Shown: positions 38,735 through 49,445, numbered from the stretch's first letter. The stretch: DNA of 64,000 nt from Deinococcus sp. (GCA_965261005.1 OZ253375.1:1856001-1920000), one strand, 5' to 3'. Numbers and translations are program-made. Notes: a model not told the origin generated them from the letters alone.

Positions 38735-40135
38735 ATTGAGCTGTTCGCCCTCCTCACGCGCCAGTTGGGGCGCCACCTGAGCGAGGTACGTGGCGGACAC
38801 CTGCGAGAACAGGTCGTCCGGTTCCGGCGCCGCGAGCGCGAAGTTCCACGGCAGCTTGTGCCAAGGGCTGATGGGGTCGTCCCTCAGCAGCGACAGGGTG
38901 CGGTCCAGGCTGTCGTCCTGCGCCCTCAGCTCGGCGCTTTGGGGATGTTCGTTCAGGCGGCGCCACAGCGAGCGCCCGTCTTGGAACCCCCGCGCCATGT
39001 CGGCCCAACTTGCGTAGCGGCCTTGCAGCGCGCGGCAGGCGTGCAGCATCAGGTTGTACGCCTCGTCCGGACGCAGGTAGCCGGCCGAGGCCGCGCTGGC
39101 GCTCACCTGCACCAGGCGTACCATGTCCCACGCCAAGGGATCGGTCTGCGGCACGCTGGGCAGCTGACGCTGCAACTGGTGCAACGCGCCGCGGTGGCCC
39201 TCGTGGTAGAGCCACATCACGCTGCCAAGGGCGTCTTGGCGGTTCTCTATGCCCCAATCGCGCTTCAGGTCGCTCAGCACGGACCGGTCCTCGCGAATCA
39301 AGCGGTCCACCGGCTGACCCCACCAGCTGTAGTAGATGGCCCCCACGGCAAGCGCCCAGTGCTGATCGGAGGGGCCGAAGGCGTCCTCGTCCACGTAAAA
39401 AACGGCCTCGCTGAGCTGCTCGCTTGAGACGCGGTCGAAGAAGTCGCCTGGCTGCGGCCTCGGCAGTTCGGACATCCAGGGAACGGTCCGCCAAGGGCTG
39501 GCCTTCGAGCGTTGAAGCGTCCTCACCGCTTGGCGCAGGCTGCTCAGGCGCGCCTCGGACTGCGCGGTGATCTCGATGCTTTTGTGGACGCGGTTGACGA
39601 CCATGCCGGCCACAAAGGCGTCCGAAAACTCGTTCCAGCCCGGGTACGCCCGCTGCAAGGCCCGGCCGGCGTGCAGCATCAAGACGCGGGTTTCGTCCGG
39701 CGTGAGCCACCCGAGGGCGTTGCCGGCCACGCTCAGGTGCAGAAAGCGCCCGAGGTCAAAGGCCAGCAGGTTGTGTTGGGGCAAGCTGGGTTCGGCCCGT
39801 TGCAGCGCGTGCATGGGACGGCGGGCGCCTTGGTGAAACAGCTGCGCCAAGGTAGCCAGCAAATCGTCGCGCGTCTTGAGTTCCCATTGGCCCATCGAAG
39901 CCTTGAAGGTCGGCCGGCCCTCAAGGTCGAGCCACTTGTCCACCGGCCGCTCGAACCACACGCTGTAGATGGCGTTGGCGCTCAGCAGCCAGCGGTCGGG
40001 TTCCTGCGGCGCTTCGCCAGGGGCCGCGTACACAATTCTGGCTCGGCCCGCTTTGTACAACGACTTTTTGCGCCTTGCGCGCGTGAGACTGATCCCCAAG
40101 GTCGTCAGCAAGACCGCAGTGAAGAGAATGGACAT
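38732..40135 (-). CDS. Membrane-anchored protein with two tandem DUF1266-like domains
   Basis: Duplicated W..I/L...D..L..L.H.G.R, LA[FW]D..R, LQ..Y..W..[FM]..G and SPW..[VL]PW blocks. Confidence 0.75.
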   Translation of the reverse strand: MSILFTAVLLTTLGISLTRARRKKSLYKAGRARIVYAAPGEAPQEPDRWLLSANAIYSVWFERPVDKWLDLEGRPTFKASMGQWELKTRDDLLATLAQLFHQGARRPMHALQRAEPSLPQHNLLAFDLGRFLHLSVAGNALGWLTPDETRVLMLHAGRALQRAYPGWNEFSDAFVAGMVVNRVHKSIEITAQSEARLSSLRQAVRTLQRSKASPWRTVPWMSELPRPQPGDFFDRVSSEQLSEAVFYVDEDAFGPSDQHWALAVGAIYYSWWGQPVDRLIREDRSVLSDLKRDWGIENRQDALGSVMWLYHEGHRGALHQLQRQLPSVPQTDPLAWDMVRLVQVSASAASAGYLRPDEAYNLMLHACRALQGRYASWADMARGFQDGRSLWRRLNEHPQSAELRAQDDSLDRTLSLLRDDPISPWHKLPWNFALAAPEPDDLFSQVSATYLAQVAPQLAREEGEQLN

Positions 40136-40166
40136 GCCCTCAGCTTAAGGTGCCGCCCGACAATAA

Positions 40167-40196
40167 AAAGGACGGCCCCTTTCGGAACCGTCCTTT
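40167..40196 (-). terminator. Terminator after the 40210 gene
   Basis: AAAGGACGG...CCGTCCTTT. Confidence 0.65.
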
Positions 40197-40209
40197 AAAC
40201 CCGCTTTCC

Positions 40210-41604
40210 TCAGCTGCCGGTGTTTTGGAAGTTGAAGACGACGCGGTAGGTGTTGGCCGCGCCCGTCGGCTCGGCCGACCAGATGATGCGCTGCCCTGCG
40301 CCGGCGCTGCGCTGGTAAGTCGCCTTGGCCATGTTGCCCTGCATGGTCATGTCGCCCACGCGCTGGTAGCCTTGCTGACGCAACTGCTGGTCGTAGTTGG
40401 CCTGCAACTGCTGCAAGGTGTTGGCGGTCTGGACGGTCAGGAAAACGTCCTCACCTTGGTTGCTGACGTCGGTGACCTGTGAGCCGGCGGGCGCCACGAA
40501 GCTGATCCGGTTGGCGGTGGGCGTCACGCCGGCCAAGTTGCCGGGGCCGTAGAAGTCGTAGCCGACGCCGCCGGCGGGGTTGTAGCCGTACAGCGGGGTG
40601 AACGGGGTGGCCGCGGTGGGCGAGGCCGCCGCGACGTTGTTGCCCAGGTTGCCGCTCACGGCGTCTTGGAAGTCCCACACGAGGCGGTAGTTGTCTTCCT
40701 TTTCGACGCTGAAGGAGACGCGGCTGTTGTTGCCCCGCTCGTAGATGTAGGTCAAGGCGTTGTCGCCGCCCGCGCCGGTGTCGGTCGGGTTGACCAGCGT
40801 GAAGCCCTGCTGCGTGAACTGCTTGTCGTAGAAACCCATCATCTGCTGCAAGGTGAGGCCGGAGGTCACCTGCGCGCTCAAGTCGCCGTTCGAGTTGACG
40901 TTGGTGTTGGTGATGGTCGCGCCCTGCGGCACCGAAAAGCTGACCGTGCCGGGGTTGTTGTTCAGGCTGGTCAGGTTGTTGTTGGGGCCGTAGAGCACGT
41001 AGGTCACGCCGGCCATGTCCTGCGCCTGCACGACGGGGTTATTCTGAGCGGCCGCCGTAGTGGTCGCTGGCGTGGTCGCGGCAGTCGCCGTGGCTGGCGT
41101 GGCGGCCTGGGCATTGTTCGCCTGACTCACGCTGCCCATCGCCATGTTCAGGTTGCCCAAGTCGAGAAAGGCGCGGTAGCTGTTGTTGCTCTCCCCGTTG
41201 AGGCGAAAACGCACTTCCTCACCGCCACGGGTGTAGCGCGCCTCGGCCAAGTTCTGACCGACGCTGCTGGCAACGCGCTTAAAGCCTTGAGCGGTCAATT
41301 GCTGGTCGTGGAAGTCGAAGACGGTTTGCAGCGGCGCGCTGACCCGAAAGGCCAAGATGGCCGTCCTGCCGCCCGCGTCGTACCTGGTGCCCAGCACCGT
41401 GGCCTGTGGATGAGCCGAAATCTCAATGGTTTTCTCGTTCTGTGCCAGGTTGCTCAGGTTGCCGGGGCCGTAGACGGTCCACTGCACGCCGTCGGTGGTG
41501 CCAGACAGCAAGGCCCGCTGCTGGGCGCTTGCCAGCGGGGCCAAGGCGAGCAACCCGGTGAGCGCGAGAGCGCCCGTTATCTTTTGAATGTTGTGCTTCT
41601 TCAT
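40210..41604 (-). CDS. Secreted protein with three internal repeat domains
   Basis: Signal peptide MKKHNIQK...ASAQ; three GVxxxxYGP(G/N)N...(H/Y)DxQxxxQG(F/Y) units. Confidence 0.8.
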   Translation of the reverse strand: MKKHNIQKITGALALTGLLALAPLASAQQRALLSGTTDGVQWTVYGPGNLSNLAQNEKTIEISAHPQATVLGTRYDAGGRTAILAFRVSAPLQTVFDFHDQQLTAQGFKRVASSVGQNLAEARYTRGGEEVRFRLNGESNNSYRAFLDLGNLNMAMGSVSQANNAQAATPATATAATTPATTTAAAQNNPVVQAQDMAGVTYVLYGPNNNLTSLNNNPGTVSFSVPQGATITNTNVNSNGDLSAQVTSGLTLQQMMGFYDKQFTQQGFTLVNPTDTGAGGDNALTYIYERGNNSRVSFSVEKEDNYRLVWDFQDAVSGNLGNNVAAASPTAATPFTPLYGYNPAGGVGYDFYGPGNLAGVTPTANRISFVAPAGSQVTDVSNQGEDVFLTVQTANTLQQLQANYDQQLRQQGYQRVGDMTMQGNMAKATYQRSAGAGQRIIWSAEPTGAANTYRVVFNFQNTGS

Positions 41605-41813
41605 ATCATTCCCTCCCATGCGGCAAAAAAAACGGCGCATAATGGCCTGTTTCAGAAGACCGCAATTGTTACCGCTAGATTTTGCTATTCGGTCAAAGGG
41701 TGAAATGTGACGCTCCATATGTACTCAAGACTATTTAAACAAGTTTTTAACCAGAATTAGAAGTCTGGCAAACATATGAATATTCACATATTCGCATACT
41801 TTTACAAAAAACC

Positions 41814-41839
41814 AACGCCGGTCTTTACTGACCGGCGTT
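41814..41839 (-). terminator. Terminator after rsfS
   Basis: AACGCCGGTC-tttact-GACCGGCGTT with a T-tract on the minus strand. Confidence 0.7.
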
Positions 41840-41852
41840 CGCCACAACAAAC

Positions 41853-42242
41853 TTATTCGCGGACGGCGCGTCCCTCCGAGATGGGCCGGGGGGGCGTCTC
41901 GGGAAACTCGATGGGCCGGGCGTCGTTCCACAGCCCCTCCAGGTCGTAGTAGGCCCGCGCCTCCACCGTCATGATGTGGACGATAATGGCGCCGAAAGAA
42001 AGCAGCAGCCAGCGTTCGCTGGGACCCTCCACGCTGGGCGGCGGCAAGCCCACTTCCCTTGCCTTGTCACGAATGTTTTGCTGCACGGCGTTCAGCTGCA
42101 AGCCGGCGGTCGCGGTGCAGATCACGAAGTAGTCGAGCGTGCTGGAAACGGCCGTCAGGTCCAACACCGCGACGTCCTCGGCGCGGCGCTCGCGGGCCGC
42201 GTCCACGATGGCGCGCAGCTGCTGTGTTTCGGTTTGGTTCAT
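41853..42242 (-). CDS. rsfS: Ribosome silencing factor
   Basis: AEDVAVLDL..VSSTLDYFVICT, WLLLSFG..IVHIM..EARAYYDLEGLW. Confidence 0.93.
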   Translation of the reverse strand: MNQTETQQLRAIVDAARERRAEDVAVLDLTAVSSTLDYFVICTATAGLQLNAVQQNIRDKAREVGLPPPSVEGPSERWLLLSFGAIIVHIMTVEARAYYDLEGLWNDARPIEFPETPPRPISEGRAVRE

Positions 42243-43582
42243 GGATTCTCCGTTGTGCCGCTTTGTGAGGCGCCGACGTTCAGCCGCGCCAACTCGGCGT
42301 AGCGCTTCGCGGCGTCCGCGCCCAGGTACACGCCCACCTCGCCGGAAGGCACCGGAAAGCGCAACCCCTGCAAGCTGGGCAAGCTGAGCCAGCGCGCCAC
42401 CGCCGAGGCCCCGGCGACTTGATCGAGGGTGAAGACCTGGCTGCGCTCGCCGCTGGGGGGTTCGGCCTCCACCCCGGCCACCCGCACGCCGCGCTGCCCC
42501 AGCGCCCACGCCACCTTGCCGCCGAGGTTCGCGCCACTGGCGTCGAAGATGCGCGCGGTCATCGCGCGTTGGGTGGGCACCTGCGCGCCGGCGCCCCATA
42601 CCCGCGCCAGTTCGGCACGGTCCACCGCCAAGTTGGTGGTGCCGCGAACTTCGCTGGTGGGTAGGGTGGCAAAGTTGAGCTGGTAGCCGTTCAGGTACGG
42701 CAGCATCTGCTCCAGCAAGGCGGGGTCCAAGTTGCTTTCCACGCTGCCCGAAAGGCCGCGAAAAATGGTGGGCAAGGCGCCCGCGAGGCCCGACGGCGTT
42801 TTCAGCTTGTCCACCAATTGCGCCACGGCGGCCTTTTGGTGGTCCATGCGGCCGTAGTCGTCGCCAAAGCCTTTGCGCATGCGCAGGTAGGCCACCGACG
42901 CCGGGCCGCTGAGGTGGTGGCGGCCCGGCGTCAGGTGAACGTGCAAATCGGCAGCGTTGTCGTCGAAATAAATACCGCGCTTGCTTGGGTCGCCGTAGGC
43001 CGGAATATCGGGCACCGTCACGTCGAGGCCGCCCAGCGCGTTCACCACCGCCGCGACGAAGCTGGTGTTGACCACCGCGTAGTAGTCCACCCGCTCCCCC
43101 GTGATCTGTTCGACGGCGCTCGCGAGCGCCTGTGGCCCGGCCCGGAAGTATTGCGAGTTCACCTTTTGAACGGCAATGCCCGCCCCAGGCCGGAACGGCC
43201 CCACGTTGGTGTCGCGCGGAATGGACAGCGCGTTCACCCGGGTGCCGTTCACCTTGAGCAGCATGATGGTGTCGGTGTTGGGCGGCTGCCACAAGCCGGT
43301 GCGGGTGTTTTGGTCGCGGCAGGGCGTGCGGTAATAACAGTAGGCGATGTCGCGCCCGGCCAGCAGCACCGTGAAGCTGGGCGGCTGGCCGGGAACCGCG
43401 ACCGGCGGGGGACGCGCCGCCGAAAGCGCCGCGTGGCTGAGCGTCCAGGAGCCGCCGAGGGCGAGCGCCGAGAGCGTGAGCGCCGACAGCTGCCAAGCGC
43501 GCCACGTCGCCGCGCCGCGCCCCCCGCGGGGCGCCTGCTCGTAAAAGGTCCTGGGCTTGGGCTTCCTGGGCTTGGGCTTCAC
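42239..43582 (-). CDS. LCP (LytR-CpsA-Psr) family protein
   Basis: NTDTIML, SIPRDT, YLRMRK..GDDYGR; LytR_C-like tail. Confidence 0.9.
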   Translation of the reverse strand: MKPKPRKPKPRTFYEQAPRGGRGAATWRAWQLSALTLSALALGGSWTLSHAALSAARPPPVAVPGQPPSFTVLLAGRDIAYCYYRTPCRDQNTRTGLWQPPNTDTIMLLKVNGTRVNALSIPRDTNVGPFRPGAGIAVQKVNSQYFRAGPQALASAVEQITGERVDYYAVVNTSFVAAVVNALGGLDVTVPDIPAYGDPSKRGIYFDDNAADLHVHLTPGRHHLSGPASVAYLRMRKGFGDDYGRMDHQKAAVAQLVDKLKTPSGLAGALPTIFRGLSGSVESNLDPALLEQMLPYLNGYQLNFATLPTSEVRGTTNLAVDRAELARVWGAGAQVPTQRAMTARIFDASGANLGGKVAWALGQRGVRVAGVEAEPPSGERSQVFTLDQVAGASAVARWLSLPSLQGLRFPVPSGEVGVYLGADAAKRYAELARLNVGASQSGTTENP

Positions 43583-44208
43583 GTGCTCACGCCCAGGGCG
43601 CCGTGGGCCAGCAGGGTGCGCGGGTGAACCTCGATGCCGCGTCCGCGCAGGTAGCGCACCTTGGCGCCAACCGCTTGGGCCAGCGCCGCCCCCAAGTCCC
43701 GGTGGGCCAGCGCCCGGATGTCCTCGTTGACGCCGCGCCCCGGCTCGCTCACGTCGGCGACGTACAGCGCCGCCGAGACCAGGTTGCCGCCGCCACGGGG
43801 GCCAGTGGTGTGGTCCTCGACCGCCTCCAGAATCACCTCGTCGGTGAAGCCCCAACGCGTGAGCAGCGCCCGCCCGGCCCGGCCGTGCAGCGCCAGCGGG
43901 TGGGCCGCGTCAATCGGGCACTCGGGCGGCGCGAGGCGCAGCAGCTCGGCGTCGGGCAAATCGCGCGCGATGTCGTGCAGCACGCCTGCCAAGTAGGCGC
44001 GCTCCCCGTCGCCGCCGGCCGCGCGGGCCAGCGCCCCGGCGAGTTGGGCCACCCGCAGTACATGCTCGAACCGGCGCGGCTTGACCATCAGGCGGACGCG
44101 CGCCTCCCAAGCGTCCAGATCGAAGACGCTGCCGGGCAGGGCGAGCGGGGCGCCGGGGCGCTGACCGTGGCCCGGTTGGCTGGGAAAAGCTTCAAAAGGT
44201 CTCACCAC
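43579..44208 (-). CDS. yqeK: HD-domain Ap4A hydrolase
   Basis: RFEHVLRV, GVLHDIAR, HGRAG, HTTG, YVADVSEPGR; start uncertain. Confidence 0.88.
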   Translation of the reverse strand: MVRPFEAFPSQPGHGQRPGAPLALPGSVFDLDAWEARVRLMVKPRRFEHVLRVAQLAGALARAAGGDGERAYLAGVLHDIARDLPDAELLRLAPPECPIDAAHPLALHGRAGRALLTRWGFTDEVILEAVEDHTTGPRGGGNLVSAALYVADVSEPGRGVNEDIRALAHRDLGAALAQAVGAKVRYLRGRGIEVHPRTLLAHGALGVST

Positions 44209-44331
44209 GGCGTCTCGGCGGCCTCCGCCGCGTGTCCCGAAGTATACCCGACCCGGCCGGCCCGCTTTCGTGCGCCGCTCACAGCGCCCAGGCCCCAGCG
44301 CTCAGGCTCTTTGCACTCAGACGTTCAGCGC

Positions 44332-45612
44332 TCAAGACTTGTCCTCGACGTACTCGAAACGGTACGGACCGATGGCCACGGTGTCGCCCTCCCTGGCGCC
44401 GGCGCGCTTGAGGGCGTTCGTGAGGCCCTGCTTCTTAAAGGCGCCGCTGAGGTACTCGGCGGCGGCGTCCATGTGGCGCTCGAAGCGCGACAACCTCTCC
44501 TCGAAGCCGCCGCCGCTGACCTGCAAGACCCGCTCCTCGCCCTCGCGCGTCAGCTCGATGTACAGCGGCTCCTCCACCTCCACCAGCTCGGTCGCCTCAA
44601 TTCCCGCGCGCTCCAGCCACGCCTCACGCGCAGGAAGCAGGTCAAAGAGGGCCGTCTCGAACGTCTCCAGGCCCGCGCCGCCCAGCGCGCTCACGGGCAG
44701 CACCGGCAAACCGAAGCGCGCCAGCTCCCCCTCCAAGCGGGCCACGTCCACTTCCTCCAGCGTGTCGGTCTTGTTCAGGGCGATCAGGGCGGCCAGCGCG
44801 AGAAGCGACGGGTCGTAAGAGCGCAGCTCGCCTTGCAAGCTCTCCAGCTCGCCCAGGGGGTCGCGCCCCGCGTCCAGCACGTACACCAGCAGCCGGGTGC
44901 GCGAGATGTGGCGCAGAAACTCCAGGCCCAGCCCCTTGCCCAGAGAGGCCCCCTCGATGATGCCGGGAATGTCGGCCAGCGTGAGGCGGCGGTCCTGCTC
45001 CACGTCCTCCACGACGCCCAAAATGGGCGACAAGGTGGTGAAGGGGTAGTCGGCCACCAAGGGGTTGGCGTTGCTCAGGGCGGCCAGCAAGCTGGACTTG
45101 CCGGCGTTGGGATAGCCGACCAGGCCCACGTCGGCGATCAGGCGCAGTTCCAGGCGCAGCTTGCGCTTTTCGCCCCGGGTGCCCTGCTCGGCGAAGCGCG
45201 GCGCTTGGCGGGTGGAGCTGGCGAACACGCTGTTGCCGCGCCCTCCCTGCCCGGCGCGCGCCACCCGCTCGACTTGCCCGATGCGGGTCAGGTCGGCGAC
45301 CACCTTGCCGCTCTCCAGGTCCACGGCCGCCGTGCCCACCGGCACGTCAATGCTCAGGTCGGCCCCATCGGCGCCGTGACGCAGCCGGCCCTCACCGCCG
45401 CCGCCGCTCTGCGCCTTGTACTTGCGCTGGCCGATCAGGGTGTCGAGGCTGGCCACGTTGTCCACCGCCCGCAGGTAGACGTGGCCGCCGCGCCCGCCGT
45501 GGCCACCGTCCGGCCCCCCCTTGGGCATGTACTTGGCGCGGTGAAAGCTCATGGCGCCGTCGCCGCCGTTGCCGGCGTTCACCTCGATGTCGAGCACGTC
45601 GCGAAAGGGCAT
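44332..45612 (-). CDS. obgE: GTPase ObgE
   Basis: [34 protein letters not shown]. Confidence 0.97.
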   Translation of the reverse strand: MPFRDVLDIEVNAGNGGDGAMSFHRAKYMPKGGPDGGHGGRGGHVYLRAVDNVASLDTLIGQRKYKAQSGGGGEGRLRHGADGADLSIDVPVGTAAVDLESGKVVADLTRIGQVERVARAGQGGRGNSVFASSTRQAPRFAEQGTRGEKRKLRLELRLIADVGLVGYPNAGKSSLLAALSNANPLVADYPFTTLSPILGVVEDVEQDRRLTLADIPGIIEGASLGKGLGLEFLRHISRTRLLVYVLDAGRDPLGELESLQGELRSYDPSLLALAALIALNKTDTLEEVDVARLEGELARFGLPVLPVSALGGAGLETFETALFDLLPAREAWLERAGIEATELVEVEEPLYIELTREGEERVLQVSGGGFEERLSRFERHMDAAAEYLSGAFKKQGLTNALKRAGAREGDTVAIGPYRFEYVEDKS

Positions 45613-45713
45613 AAGGAATGTGGGATGTGGAGCGTGGAGTTCAGCGCCCAGCTCTCGGTCCCTTGGCGTTCACCTCACCTTCTTGATCAAGCTTGATAAA
45701 AACCGGTTCAACG

Positions 45714-45738
45714 AAAAGCGGGGGCCAGCGGCCCCCGC
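45714..45738 (-). terminator. Terminator after rpmA
   Basis: GCGGGGGCC-gct-GGCCCCCGC followed by TTTT on the minus strand. Confidence 0.75.
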
Positions 45739-45757
45739 CGAAACGCTTGGGATGAAT

Positions 45758-46033
45758 TCAGTCGGCCGCAGCGGACGCCACTTTCGGCTGCACGCTGATA
45801 AAGCGGCCCCGCCCGCCCTTGTCGGCGAACATGACAATGCCGTCCTCCAGGGCGAACAGCGTGTGGTCGCGTCCCATGCCGACGTTTTGGCCCGCCTGGA
45901 ACTTGGTGCCGCGCTGGCGCACCAGGATGTTGCCGGCGCGCACGACCTCGCCGCCGAACTTCTTGACGCCCAAGTACTTGGGCTGGCTGTCGCGGCCGTT
46001 CTTGGAAGAACCGACGCCTTTTTTGTGTGCCAT
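45758..46033 (-). CDS. rpmA: 50S ribosomal protein L27
   Basis: [16 protein letters not shown]. Confidence 0.98.
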   Translation of the reverse strand: MAHKKGVGSSKNGRDSQPKYLGVKKFGGEVVRAGNILVRQRGTKFQAGQNVGMGRDHTLFALEDGIVMFADKGGRGRFISVQPKVASAAAD

Positions 46034-46056
46034 GAGCTGCTCCTTCCTTACTTGCC

Positions 46057-46356
<300 letters not shown>

Positions 46357-46428
46357 CCTGTTTCCTCCCGGCCCCGGACCTCGGTCCAGGGGCGCGACAC
46401 AAATCCGCCATGATGAATCGGCGGACCA

Positions 46429-47229
46429 TCAGCGGGACAGTGTAGCACGGGGGGCGGCGCGGCTCAAGACCGAATTTTTGAGCGCGGCGAACGCCGCCGG
46501 CGGCCTCAAGAGACGCCAGTTGAGCTGGTTGGGGCCGCTAAATTGCACCCGGTCCTGCGGGCGCGGTCCCCGGTAGGCGCAGTCGTAGGTCGCGTTCGTC
46601 TTACGAAAGGGCGGCCACACGACCACGGCCGCCCGCCCAGCGATGTCGCGCCGCGCCACCGGCCCGAACGAGCGCGAGTCCTCGCTGCCGTTCGCCGTGC
46701 GGTTGTCGCCCATCAGGAAGTAGTGGCCGGGCGGCACGACGAACTCGCGCGCTGTTTTTAGAAAGGCGTACTCGCGTCCGCTCTGGGCGTTGTTGGCAAT
46801 TTTGCTTCCCGTGTCCCAGCAGCCCTGCGTTTTCCAGTAGGACGTGGTAAAACCGCCGTCGAGCTGTTTGCCGTTCACGTACACCTCTCCGCCGTCAACA
46901 CGAACGGTATCGCCGGGCAGCCCGATCAGACGCTTGATCAGGAAAGGGCGATAGGTCCACAAGTTTAAAAACGGCTTGTCCTCGTTCACGGCCTGCGTGG
47001 GCGGTTTGAAGATCAGGATGTCGCCGCGCTTGAAGTCCCCCAGGCCGGCCTTATGCAGCCAAGTTTCGTACTTGGGCACCAGGACGCGCTCGCCGCTCCG
47101 CAGGTTCGGCATCATGGAGGCGCCGCTCACGCCCACCAGCGTGCCCAGGAACTGGGTGACGATGACCGCGAATAAGACAGGTTCGAGCAGCTCCTTGTAC
47201 AGGCGGCGCCAGAATGGGGCCTTGACCAT
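46429..47229 (-). CDS. lepB: Signal peptidase I
   Basis: [31 protein letters not shown] overlaps the upstream TGA. Confidence 0.93.
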   Translation of the reverse strand: MVKAPFWRRLYKELLEPVLFAVIVTQFLGTLVGVSGASMMPNLRSGERVLVPKYETWLHKAGLGDFKRGDILIFKPPTQAVNEDKPFLNLWTYRPFLIKRLIGLPGDTVRVDGGEVYVNGKQLDGGFTTSYWKTQGCWDTGSKIANNAQSGREYAFLKTAREFVVPPGHYFLMGDNRTANGSEDSRSFGPVARRDIAGRAAVVVWPPFRKTNATYDCAYRGPRPQDRVQFSGPNQLNWRLLRPPAAFAALKNSVLSRAAPRATLSR

Positions 47230-47597
47230 CAGGGGTGGTGGACGGGTGATGAAGCGCCGTGTTGTGCTTGGGCGGGACAAGTCGCTTGGCGCCCACGCTC
47301 CGCCGCCCGCGACCAGGAAAATAAACCGAGGGCCGCCGTACTCAGGCTGACGGTCAAGAGAAGGGAGTTCAGCACGGCGGGCAGGGTGTGAACCTTGTGT
47401 AGGGCGAGGTTCACGCGCCCGGCGGAGCCGAACTCGCGCACGGCCCGCTTAAGCGCTTCCGTTTGGCTCAGCCCAGCGACCTGCAAGTCCAGGGCGTGCT
47501 GAACGATATTGGCGCGCAGCTCCTCGCGGACAGCTTGGCGACGCCTGCCGGCGAGGCCACGGCAGGCCCGACCCAGGTAGCGGTCGAGGTCGCTCAC
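47229..47597 (-). CDS. Permease-prefix-domain (HAAS-like) membrane protein
   Basis: LDRYL..ACRGL...VREELRANI...[11 protein letters not shown], followed by one TM segment. Confidence 0.75.
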   Translation of the reverse strand: MSDLDRYLGRACRGLAGRRRQAVREELRANIVQHALDLQVAGLSQTEALKRAVREFGSAGRVNLALHKVHTLPAVLNSLLLTVSLSTAALGLFSWSRAAERGRQATCPAQAQHGASSPVHHP

Positions 47598-47929
47598 GGC
47601 TCGCCCGTCCCCGGCCACAGCGCCTTTACGGCGCGGTCGAAATCGGCGTAGGCGGCGCGCTTGTCGGCCAGCGTCCGGCGTCCGGCGTCGGTCAAGCGGT
47701 AGTAGCGCACGCTCGGCCCGCCCCTGGGCGGCTGGCGCGTCTCGGCGGCCACCCAGCCGGCCTTTTCCAAACGGTGCAGGGCGGGGTACAGGCTGCCGGC
47801 GTTCAGCTGGAAGTACCCCTCGGTGCGCGCGTTCGCCTCCTTGGTGATCTCCAAACCGTAGCGCTCGCCGTCCCGCAAGATGCTCAGCAGAATCAGGTCG
47901 AGGTTGCCCTTGAGCAAATTGAGGTCCAT
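47594..47929 (-). CDS. PadR family transcriptional regulator
   Basis: LLKGNLDLILL, YGLEI, GSLYPALHRLE, RYYRLTDAG. Confidence 0.93.
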   Translation of the reverse strand: MDLNLLKGNLDLILLSILRDGERYGLEITKEANARTEGYFQLNAGSLYPALHRLEKAGWVAAETRQPPRGGPSVRYYRLTDAGRRTLADKRAAYADFDRAVKALWPGTGEP

Positions 47930-47995
47930 CGCCCCTCCTATAAGAGTCTGAGTATCAGGATATGATATTCAAGAGCGGAGGGCAAGAGGGTTTGG

Positions 47996-48517
47996 CTACA
48001 GGCCGAGCCGCTTCCAGTACAACCGGGTCCCGGTCAGCCCGCCATGCGGCTTGAGGGCGTAGTCGGGAATCTCGCCGGCGAAGGCGAAGCCCAGCCGCTC
48101 GTACAGCCCAGCCGCCCCGCCGTCGCTCGCGGTGTCGAGGACCAGCAGCGTGCGCCCCCGCGCCCTAGCCAAATCCTCGGCCACCTTCAACAAAGCCGTC
48201 GCCACGCCCCGGCCCCGATGGCTCAGGCGGGTCATCATCTTGGCGATCTCGGCCCGGTGGGGCTGGTTGGGCGGGCAGTTTAGCAGCAGAGTGACGGTGC
48301 CAATCAAGACTTCGCCGTCCCAGGCGCCCAGGATGATTCGCTCGCCCCGCTGCGCCGCCGCCAGGGCACCGTCCCAAAAGGTCCTTGCCGCCTCCGGCGC
48401 CAGCGGGTGCATAAAGCCGACCGAGCCGCCGTTTGCCACCACCTCGATCAGGAGGTCTCCCAGAGAATCGCGGACGTTGGGGGCGGCGCTCAGGAGGTTG
48501 ATGACGATTTCAGGCAT
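47996..48517 (-). CDS. GNAT N-acetyltransferase
   Basis: NGGSVGF, NQPHRAEIAK, RGRGVA, LLVLDT; RBS GGAGG. Confidence 0.9.
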   Translation of the reverse strand: MPEIVINLLSAAPNVRDSLGDLLIEVVANGGSVGFMHPLAPEAARTFWDGALAAAQRGERIILGAWDGEVLIGTVTLLLNCPPNQPHRAEIAKMMTRLSHRGRGVATALLKVAEDLARARGRTLLVLDTASDGGAAGLYERLGFAFAGEIPDYALKPHGGLTGTRLYWKRLGL

Positions 48518-48572
48518 GGCGGCTCCTCCAGAACGAGCATAAGGAAACCGGGACGGGCGGGTACGATGGGCC

Positions 48573-48758
48573 ATGTCCGCGTCCCCGCACCTCGGCGATC
48601 CCAGGGACGAGCGCCACGCGACTTGGCTGGAGCTGTTCTTCGACCTCGCGTTCGTGGTCACGGTGTCCGGCGTGGGCGAGCGCTTTGGCGCGGAGGCAGC
48701 AGGCCCAGGGGTCAGCACCAGGCCGTCTTCAGGTTCTGAGCGAGACAACAGCTTGTGA
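48573..48758 (+). pseudogene. Fragment of a low-temperature-requirement protein A (LtrA) gene
   Basis: HATWLELFFDLAFVV N-terminal motif, then immediate truncation. Confidence 0.7.
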
Positions 48759-49373
48759 AGCTGGCTGATAATCAAGCTCTGGCGTGCCAGAAGCGATGAC
48801 GTCCGCCCGCTCCCACGGCCGCTCTTGAGCAAAAAAGGGAAACTCCTCGGCCATCCACTCATCCCAAAATGATTCGACCTCAGCTGTGCCGCCGTCACGC
48901 GCCAAGCCCCGTGTTCTCGCCTCTTTTATGTCGGACTGCACCCACACCACGACATCGATCCATGGCGTCAGTTCGCGACGGGCCGCGCCGCTGCCCTCCA
49001 AGATGACCAAGGGACAGCCGGAAGGCACCACAATGGCCCCTTCCCGGCTTCGCGCCTCCCAAGCCGGGGGTCGGTAGCGCACCTCCTGACCGGCGTACAT
49101 AGGAATGAGCACGCCGTCGCGGACGAGCGCTGCCCAGTCAAAAAAGGCATGGTGCCAAGCGATATCGTCGGTGTGTACGACGACAGAGCCGGGAACTACA
49201 CGACTGAACATCGCCGCCAACGTTGATTTCCCACTCGCCCCACGACCGTCAACTGCGAGGACGCCCGGTCTTTCACTCGCATCTGGAAACTTGGGTCGCC
49301 ATGAGTCAAGCAGCGCCACCAAGGAAACGACGTTCCACGGCTCAAAATCGGGTTCTTCCGGGGGCAACTTCAT
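48729..49373 (-). CDS. Uridine-kinase-like P-loop protein
   Basis: AVDGRGASGKST, HTDD, ILEGSG, ERPWERAD. Confidence 0.8.
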   Translation of the reverse strand: MKLPPEEPDFEPWNVVSLVALLDSWRPKFPDASERPGVLAVDGRGASGKSTLAAMFSRVVPGSVVVHTDDIAWHHAFFDWAALVRDGVLIPMYAGQEVRYRPPAWEARSREGAIVVPSGCPLVILEGSGAARRELTPWIDVVVWVQSDIKEARTRGLARDGGTAEVESFWDEWMAEEFPFFAQERPWERADVIASGTPELDYQPASQAVVSLRT

Positions 49374-49445
49374 TGGTTCTCACCCTATAAGTAGACACGC
49401 TATGAGAATTGACTTTTCGCCCCGGTCAGGAGTTTCGATTGGTCG

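Noticed and set aside
41853..43505. 550-aa extended RsfS
   Set aside because: The upstream part overlaps the LCP gene in another frame; RsfS starts at 42242
43603..45696. Long antisense ORFs (697 aa here; also 1528-2739, 11417-13147, 13490-15115, 58898-60919)
   Set aside because: Shadow frames opposite well-supported genes, expected at high GC
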